Source: Ignavibacteriota bacterium (GTDB lineage Bacteria > Bacteroidota > Ignavibacteria > UBA10030 > UBA6906). Taken from it: a stretch of 64,000 nucleotides of DNA. Each line of letters opens with the position of its first letter. The first letter of the stretch is position 1. Below the pieces are notes generated by a model that saw only the letters and a list, made by a program, of their open reading frames with translations, had not been told where the DNA came from and searched no databases. Positions 58,176 to 64,000 of this stretch are shown here, piece by piece. A program made the position numbers and the translations under genes. Location of the stretch: NCBI GenBank assembly GCA_963801355.1, contig CAWDEM010000004.1:608001-672000 (forward strand), in the 5' to 3' direction.

Positions 58176-59532
58176 ATCCATTCTCATCGTTGATGACGAG
58201 GAAATTATACGGGAATCGCTCTCCTTTGTTCTCGCCAAGGAAGGCTTCCGTGTTCAGGAGGCGGCGAACGGCCGCTTCGCACTCGACATGATCCGCGAGC
58301 AGACGTTCGACCTGGTCATCACCGATCTGGAAATGCCGGAGATGAAAGGCATTGAATTGCTGGAGCAGGTGACGCTGCACAGTCCGGAAACACTTGTGGT
58401 GATCATCACCGCGTACGGATCCATCGACACCGCCATCGCCGCCCTCCGCAAGGGCGCGGTGGACTACATCCTGAAGCCGGTGGAATTCGATGAGCTGATC
58501 GTGAAGATCTCCCGGTTACTGTCCAGCCGGCGGCTGACCGTGGAGAACAAGCTTCTCCGGGGCGAGTTGCACCGTCAATACAACTTCGATCAGATTATCG
58601 GACAGAGCCCGGCGATGCAGCGGGTGTTCGACACCATCAAGAAGGTTGCATCGACGGACGGAACGGTGCTGGTCAACGGAAAAAGCGGGACCGGGAAGGA
58701 ACTGGTGGCCCGGGCGATTCACTTCAGCAGTCATCGCGCCACGCGTCCATTTGTTGCGGTCAACTGCGGCGCGATCGTCGAGAACCTCTTCGAAAGCGAG
58801 CTGTTCGGTCACAGGAGGGGAGCGTTTACCGGCGCGACCATGGACAAGGAAGGATATTTCAAAGCGGCGGATGGCGGGACGATCTTTTTTGATGAAGTGA
58901 GTGAGATCCCGCTGCACCTGCAGGTAAAGCTTCTTCGCTCCATCGAACTCAAGGAGGTAACGCCGGTCGGGATGTCGATGCCGATATACGTCGACGTGCG
59001 CATCATTGCCTCGACGAACAAGAACCTGCAGAAGGAAGTCGAGGCGGGAAGATATCGCGAAGATCTTTTCTACCGCCTCAACATCGTGGAGATCAATCTT
59101 CCCTCGCTTTCCGAACGGGTGGATGACATCCCCCTTCTCGTGCAGCATTTCGTGTCGAAGTACTCCCATGAAATGAGCAAGAACATCCACGGTGTGGACA
59201 ACGAAGTGATGAAGTGCCTCATCGGGCACTCCTGGAAGGGGGAAATCCGCGAGCTGGAGAATATCATCGAGCGGGCGGTGATTTTTGCCGAGGGCTCCAT
59301 CATCACCAAGAAGGAGCTTCCCGCGTTCTTCGATCAGCGCACGGACGCAGTGTATTCCTTTGATGCCCGTCGCTCGATGAAGGAGGCTGTGGACGATTTT
59401 GAGCGGCAGTACATCAGTCATGTGTTGCGGACGAACCAGTACAACAAAGAGCTGACCGCCAAGGCCCTCAAGATCAGCCTCTCCTCCCTGTACAGGAAGC
59501 TGGAGGAGTTGAACGTGCCTTCGCAGGGTTAG
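58168..59532 (+). CDS. Sigma-54-dependent response regulator
   Basis: REC domain, GKSGTGKE, GAFTGA and HTH. Confidence 0.95.
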   Translation: MPESILIVDDEEIIRESLSFVLAKEGFRVQEAANGRFALDMIREQTFDLVITDLEMPEMKGIELLEQVTLHSPETLVVIITAYGSIDTAIAALRKGAVDYILKPVEFDELIVKISRLLSSRRLTVENKLLRGELHRQYNFDQIIGQSPAMQRVFDTIKKVASTDGTVLVNGKSGTGKELVARAIHFSSHRATRPFVAVNCGAIVENLFESELFGHRRGAFTGATMDKEGYFKAADGGTIFFDEVSEIPLHLQVKLLRSIELKEVTPVGMSMPIYVDVRIIASTNKNLQKEVEAGRYREDLFYRLNIVEINLPSLSERVDDIPLLVQHFVSKYSHEMSKNIHGVDNEVMKCLIGHSWKGEIRELENIIERAVIFAEGSIITKKELPAFFDQRTDAVYSFDARRSMKEAVDDFERQYISHVLRTNQYNKELTAKALKISLSSLYRKLEELNVPSQG

Positions 59533-59646
59533 GAATTTCTGCCCCGGCATTCCCACAATTCGGAAACTTTTCTACGCACCCGGGGTGAGAACACTGCTTT
59601 TTCGCTCGAATTTGGACCTCTTGCCCCTCCCGCCGCGTTTTCCCCT

Positions 59647-59663
59647 TTGGCACAACTATTGAA
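59647..59663 (+). promoter_or_regulatory. Sigma-54 (-24/-12) promoter
   Basis: TTGGCAC-AACTA-TTGAA with exact GG-N10-G spacing, 33 nt before the usp start and downstream of a bEBP gene. Confidence 0.75.
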
Positions 59664-59695
59664 AAACAGCCCACTGTGAAGGGCGGTCACGGTCC

Positions 59696-60178
59696 ATGAT
59701 CTTCTTGAAGAAAATACTGGTCACAACGGATCTTTCTCCCTATTCGCTTGCTGCAGTGGAGCATGCGGCCTCTTTCGGCACCCTGTATGCGTCCCGGCTC
59801 TACTTTCTCCTGGTGATCGACAAGAAGGAAGGGCATCACATGCGGGAGGCACACCTGCACTTCAGCACCGAGAAGGAAGCGGAGAAGGCCCTCGAAGAGT
59901 TTGCAGAAAAGAATCTTCCTCCTGAGCTCCGGATGCACCTCGTCGTGCGTACGGGCACGCCGACGGAAGGCATACTGCGGTTCGCCGAGGAGGAAGGGAT
60001 AGACATGATCGTTATGGCAACGCACGGCCATACAGGCCTCCGACACATGATGATGGGCAACGTCACTGAAAAGGTGGTGCGACATTCGCAGGTTCCGGTC
60101 CTCACGGTGAAGCCACGGCCGCTCAGAGAGAACCTCATCAAAGACGAAGACGTGGAACGCGAACTCCACTTACGGTAG
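59696..60178 (+). CDS. Universal stress protein
   Basis: KILVTTDLS and IVMATHGHTG...MGNVTEKVVR motifs. Confidence 0.93.
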   Translation: MIFLKKILVTTDLSPYSLAAVEHAASFGTLYASRLYFLLVIDKKEGHHMREAHLHFSTEKEAEKALEEFAEKNLPPELRMHLVVRTGTPTEGILRFAEEEGIDMIVMATHGHTGLRHMMMGNVTEKVVRHSQVPVLTVKPRPLRENLIKDEDVERELHLR

Positions 60179-60200
60179 GCCGACAGCGGACTTCCGCTCA

Positions 60201-60629
60201 ATGAAACAGACGCCACATACAGACTCGCAGAAGCGTGCGGGCGCTCCGGAAGGTGATTCCGGCGAAGCCAAGAAGACCATCATCCTGTACAGCCCGGATC
60301 TGAACTTCTGTTTCAGCCTATCCATGTTGTTCCAGGACCGGTTCAACGTGATCACCACCACCAACCTGGGTATGCTGGATCATCTTGTCGCGGACTACTC
60401 GGCAGACCTGGTGCTGGTCGACGCGGTCCCCTCCCAAAAACTGATCGAACGCGTGGAATGCCTCCGCGGATTGAGTCCCAAGCTCCCGATCATTCTCCTC
60501 TACGTGTACAACTCCAGGGAAACGGTCCTCGATCGGGCGATCCGGGAACACGTTGACTCGGTGTTCTACAAGCCCCTGGAAATTGCACCGATCTCCAGAC
60601 GTATTGAGGAGTTGCTGACGCCTTCGTGA
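60201..60629 (+). CDS. Atypical single-domain receiver protein
   Basis: REC-like fold pattern (DLVLVD, LPIILL, FYKPL). Confidence 0.7.
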   Translation: MKQTPHTDSQKRAGAPEGDSGEAKKTIILYSPDLNFCFSLSMLFQDRFNVITTTNLGMLDHLVADYSADLVLVDAVPSQKLIERVECLRGLSPKLPIILLYVYNSRETVLDRAIREHVDSVFYKPLEIAPISRRIEELLTPS

Positions 60630-60721
60630 GCCGATCAGTCCGACCTCCATGCCATTCCCAGATATGCAAATCCGCCTCAATGGTGTTTCATTTTTTGAGA
60701 ATTTCTAAGGAGAGGATACTT

Positions 60722-62863
60722 GTGAGGCATTTCTTACTACTGTTCGCCTTTGGATTGCTCGCTGTTCCGACAGCCGCGCAAACAAATTCGGAGTGCCTCG
60801 CGTGTCATGGTGACAAGTCATTGTCAATGACCAAAAAGGGGAAGACGGTTTCCCTGTTTGTGGATGCAACAGCCTATGGCACATCGGCTCACAACGGATT
60901 GGGATGTGTGGGATGTCATGAGGGGTTCAATCCCAATGAGCTTCCTCACAAACCGAGGATTACGCCGGCCACGTGCAGCACCTGCCACTCGGGTGACCAA
61001 TTTGCGGGCTTTGCTACAAGTGTTCACGGCCGGAACCGGGGGAGGAAGGGACCGGCAGCCGCATGCGGGGATTGCCACACGACGCACGCCGTACAAAGTG
61101 TCTCCTCGCAGGAAGCCGCAAGTCGAAAAGCGTATGCGGAAAACATATGTGCCCGATGCCACGGCGAGGTGAATGCTCGCTATGTCCAGTCTGATCATGG
61201 TGTGGCGCTTCTGGCAGGAGTGAAGGGGGCACCGAGTTGCATCGATTGCCATGGCGAGCACAACGTGGAATCACCGCAGGATTCGAGTTCGACTACAGCC
61301 CACGGCAATCAGGCAAGAGTCTGTCTCGCGTGTCATCTCGATAACCCTGATGTCCGTGCCCGTGTCGGACCGTCGGCGGGTTTTGTGTCGAGCTACGAGG
61401 CGAGCGTTCACGGGCAGGCGGTAAAGGCCGGGAACAACGCAGCGGCGACATGCACTGATTGTCACGGCAGCCACGACATGAAGAAGGGGTCGAATCCGAC
61501 CTCGACTGTTGCCAAGGCCAATATCGCAAACACGTGCGCGCGATGCCATTCTGCCATCCGCGAGCAATACGACTATAGTATCCATGGCGTCGCACTCAGG
61601 CGCGGTGTTGGCGCGTCGCCGACGTGTACCGACTGCCATGGAGAACACAACATCCTTTCTCCCAAGGACATCCGGTCTCCGGTGGCTGCGGCCAATGTGT
61701 CTGCACAAGTCTGTTCCCCCTGCCATGCCTCAGTGAAGCTCACCGAAAAATTCGGTCTCTCCAGTGACAGGTTCAAGAGTTATCAAGATAGTTATCACGG
61801 TCTCGCTGAACAGGCTGGTGCGGTTGAAGTGGCCAACTGTGCAAGCTGTCACGGCATCCATGACATCAAGCCTTCCACCGATTCAACCTCGCGGATCCAC
61901 CCGGCAAACCTGAGCAGGACGTGTGGGACCTGTCATCCGGGCGCCAACCAGAATTTCACGCGGGGGAAAGTGCACATTATCGCCGCCTCCGGATCGGATG
62001 ACATCCTGTACTTCGTTTCCAACGGCTATATCGTTCTGATCGTTGTGCTCATCGGCGGGATGTTTCTCCACAACGTACTGGACTTCGTAAAGAAGTCCCG
62101 CCGGCAACTCGGGTATCGCCGTGGAGAAATTGTACGACCGTATGCTCCCCACCGCCTGTATGTGCGGATGAGTCTTGGCGAACGAATACAGCATGGGACG
62201 CTGTTGGTGAGTTTTTTCACTCTCGTGTTCACCGGGTTTGCCCTCCGGTATCCAGATGCCTGGTGGGTCTCGCCGATCATGAACGTGAGTCCGGTGATTT
62301 TCGAGTTGCGGGGCATTTTGCATCGCCTTGCCGGTGTCGCCATGGTCGCGGCCGGGCTGTACCACATCTTTTATATCCTGTACGTCCCCCGCGGCAAGGA
62401 GCTCATACGCGACCTGCTTCCGCGCAGGCAGGATCTCCTTGATGCCCTGGCGGTGCTGAAATACAACATCGGCATGTCTCCACTGAAGCCGAAGTTTGGG
62501 CGATTCAGCTACATCGAGAAAAGCGAGTACTGGGCGCTCGTGTGGGGGACTATTGTCATGGCGCTGACGGGTTTCATCCTGTGGTTTGACAATGTCACCC
62601 TCGGTCTGCTTACCAAGAGTTGGTGGGATGTCGCGCGGACGGTGCACTTCTACGAAGCCTGGCTTGCGACGCTTGCCATTTTGGTTTGGCACTTCTATTT
62701 CGTTATCTTCAACCCTGACACGTATCCCATCAATCTTGCTTTCTGGAAGGGAACGTTGACAGAAGAGGAGATGGAGGAAGAACACCCTCTCGAATTGGAG
62801 GCGCACAGGCTTCGCCAGCGTCAGGCGGAGGAAGAGGCGGAAGAAGGCGCGGAAAAGGTTTGA
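60722..62863 (+). CDS. 13-heme cytochrome c fused to a di-heme cytochrome b membrane domain (CbcL-like architecture)
   Basis: Signal peptide; 13 CxxCH counted; FdnI/HyaC-type TM domain with ERIQH, ILHR, TVHF and VWHF; GTG start after AAGGAG. Confidence 0.9.
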   Translation: MRHFLLLFAFGLLAVPTAAQTNSECLACHGDKSLSMTKKGKTVSLFVDATAYGTSAHNGLGCVGCHEGFNPNELPHKPRITPATCSTCHSGDQFAGFATSVHGRNRGRKGPAAACGDCHTTHAVQSVSSQEAASRKAYAENICARCHGEVNARYVQSDHGVALLAGVKGAPSCIDCHGEHNVESPQDSSSTTAHGNQARVCLACHLDNPDVRARVGPSAGFVSSYEASVHGQAVKAGNNAAATCTDCHGSHDMKKGSNPTSTVAKANIANTCARCHSAIREQYDYSIHGVALRRGVGASPTCTDCHGEHNILSPKDIRSPVAAANVSAQVCSPCHASVKLTEKFGLSSDRFKSYQDSYHGLAEQAGAVEVANCASCHGIHDIKPSTDSTSRIHPANLSRTCGTCHPGANQNFTRGKVHIIAASGSDDILYFVSNGYIVLIVVLIGGMFLHNVLDFVKKSRRQLGYRRGEIVRPYAPHRLYVRMSLGERIQHGTLLVSFFTLVFTGFALRYPDAWWVSPIMNVSPVIFELRGILHRLAGVAMVAAGLYHIFYILYVPRGKELIRDLLPRRQDLLDALAVLKYNIGMSPLKPKFGRFSYIEKSEYWALVWGTIVMALTGFILWFDNVTLGLLTKSWWDVARTVHFYEAWLATLAILVWHFYFVIFNPDTYPINLAFWKGTLTEEEMEEEHPLELEAHRLRQRQAEEEAEEGAEKV

Positions 62864-62867
62864 TCTG

Positions 62868-64000
62868 ATGACCGCTCGCTCGTCCATCGTCCGTATCCTT
62901 GCCATTGTGGCTCTCTTGCTGGTGAGCAGGCTCTTTGTTGCGGCGCAGGAGTCGAGCGATTGCCTTGCCTGTCACGACGATAAGTCTCTGGAAGGAACCA
63001 AGCAGGGTAAGACCGTTTCTATGTACGTCGACGCCAGGAAGTTTGCCGGGTCCGTGCATGGGTCCGTTCCTTGCGTTGGATGTCACAAGGATGTGGAAGG
63101 CAAGGAGCTGCCGCACGAAGACGCCTTGGCTCCCGCAGTCTGCTCTGACTGCCATGCGAAGGAAGTGCAACTGCACGCTGAGTCGTTGCACGGCAAAGCT
63201 GCAAAGCGTGGTGATCCTCTTGCTCCCCGATGCGCCGACTGTCACGGTGCTCATGCCATCGTACCAATAAAAGATGTGCGCTCTTCGGTCTCTCCTCTCA
63301 AGATTCCCTTTCTCTGCGGCAAATGCCACCAGGAAGGCGCGCCGGTGGCACGACGGCGGACTATTCACCAGGATCATATCCTGGAGAACTTCTCAGAGAG
63401 CATACACGGTGAAGGATTGTTGCGGAAGGGCCTGATCGTTTCAGCAACCTGCGCCTCATGTCATACGGCGCACTCGATACTGCCGCACACGGACCCCGCA
63501 TCCTCCATCGCGCGGAGAAATATTGCGGCAACCTGCACCAAGTGTCATGCGCAAATCGAGATGGTGCATCGCAAGGTGATCAAAGGCGAACTGTGGGAGA
63601 AGGAAGCTCATGTGCTGCCGGCGTGTGTTGACTGTCACCAGCCCCACAAGGCACGGCGTGTGTTCTACGATCAGGGAATGGCTGACAAAGACTGCATGCG
63701 CTGTCACGAACGGGCAGATCTTGTAGCCGCCAAAGATCGGCGGACCATGGCGGTAAATCCCGCGGAGCTTGCCGGATCGCGCCACGCACGCATCTCGTGC
63801 AGCCAGTGCCATGCAGGAGTCAACGTCGCCAAGGAACGTCCCTGCGAAACAATCATACTGAAGGTCGACTGCGCCTCCTGTCATGCCGAGGTCGGTCAAC
63901 AGTATGTGAAAAGCACACACGGACAACTCAACGCCAAGAACGATCCGAATGCACCGACCTGTAAGGAGTGTCACGGTACACATGGGGTGCTGGGGAAGGC
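62868..64000 (+). CDS. Second multiheme cytochrome c (at least 12 CxxCH), truncated by window end
   Basis: Hand translation from ATG 62868 is open to the end: signal peptide, then CLACH, CVGCH, CSDCH, CADCH, CGKCH, CASCH, CTKCH, CVDCH, CMRCH, CSQCH, CASCH, CKECH. Absent from the ORF track. Confidence 0.92.
   Translation, partial: MTARSSIVRILAIVALLLVSRLFVAAQESSDCLACHDDKSLEGTKQGKTVSMYVDARKFAGSVHGSVPCVGCHKDVEGKELPHEDALAPAVCSDCHAKEVQLHAESLHGKAAKRGDPLAPRCADCHGAHAIVPIKDVRSSVSPLKIPFLCGKCHQEGAPVARRRTIHQDHILENFSESIHGEGLLRKGLIVSATCASCHTAHSILPHTDPASSIARRNIAATCTKCHAQIEMVHRKVIKGELWEKEAHVLPACVDCHQPHKARRVFYDQGMADKDCMRCHERADLVAAKDRRTMAVNPAELAGSRHARISCSQCHAGVNVAKERPCETIILKVDCASCHAEVGQQYVKSTHGQLNAKNDPNAPTCKECHGTHGVLGK

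Noticed and set aside
1-64000. CRISPR arrays, tRNA/rRNA, IS elements, integrases, defence systems
   Set aside because: No direct-repeat/spacer arrays, RNA gene signatures, transposase or nuclease motifs seen; intergenic spaces are short and composition looks uniform by eye.

Overview
A gene-dense, roughly 60% GC core-genome segment. Gene content (PorZ-like protein, PUR/DUF3276, DUF3109, TonB receptor, EI/HPr without EII, split FTCD) suggests an FCB-group bacterium, probably Ignavibacteria/Chlorobi-like; this placement is an inference. In order: the end of a nitrilase-family gene, queF, a thioredoxin, a membrane TPR protein followed by an 1161-aa coiled-coil protein, pfk, a fpg-dinB-rho-like-Ntn hydrolase operon, a TPP-riboswitch thiamine uptake operon (TonB receptor, thiN, Na+/solute symporter), an NtrC-type regulator, an add/sixA/hut run, the yceD-rpmF-plsX-fab-rnc operon, porZ-like/ribH/crp, a protease-propeller-Omp85 plus BamB-like plus PEGA operon, pgi/pmi-PTS-isoprenoid genes, metK-ahcY, and a PAS kinase/sigma-54 regulator ahead of a sigma-54 promoter driving a USP, a receiver protein and two large multiheme cytochromes (the second is cut by the window end and missing from the ORF track). 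I saw no rRNA, tRNA, CRISPR array, transposase, integrase or phage gene. The best leads are a Rho paralogue with a degenerate primary RNA-binding site, the protease-Omp85/BamB-like/PEGA operon, the membrane TPR plus giant coiled-coil pair with ENT-like repeats, a RidA with a lipoprotein signal, and a His-to-Cys heme-ligand swap in a multiheme cytochrome. All calls come from motif recognition by eye with no database search, so novelty is unconfirmed.
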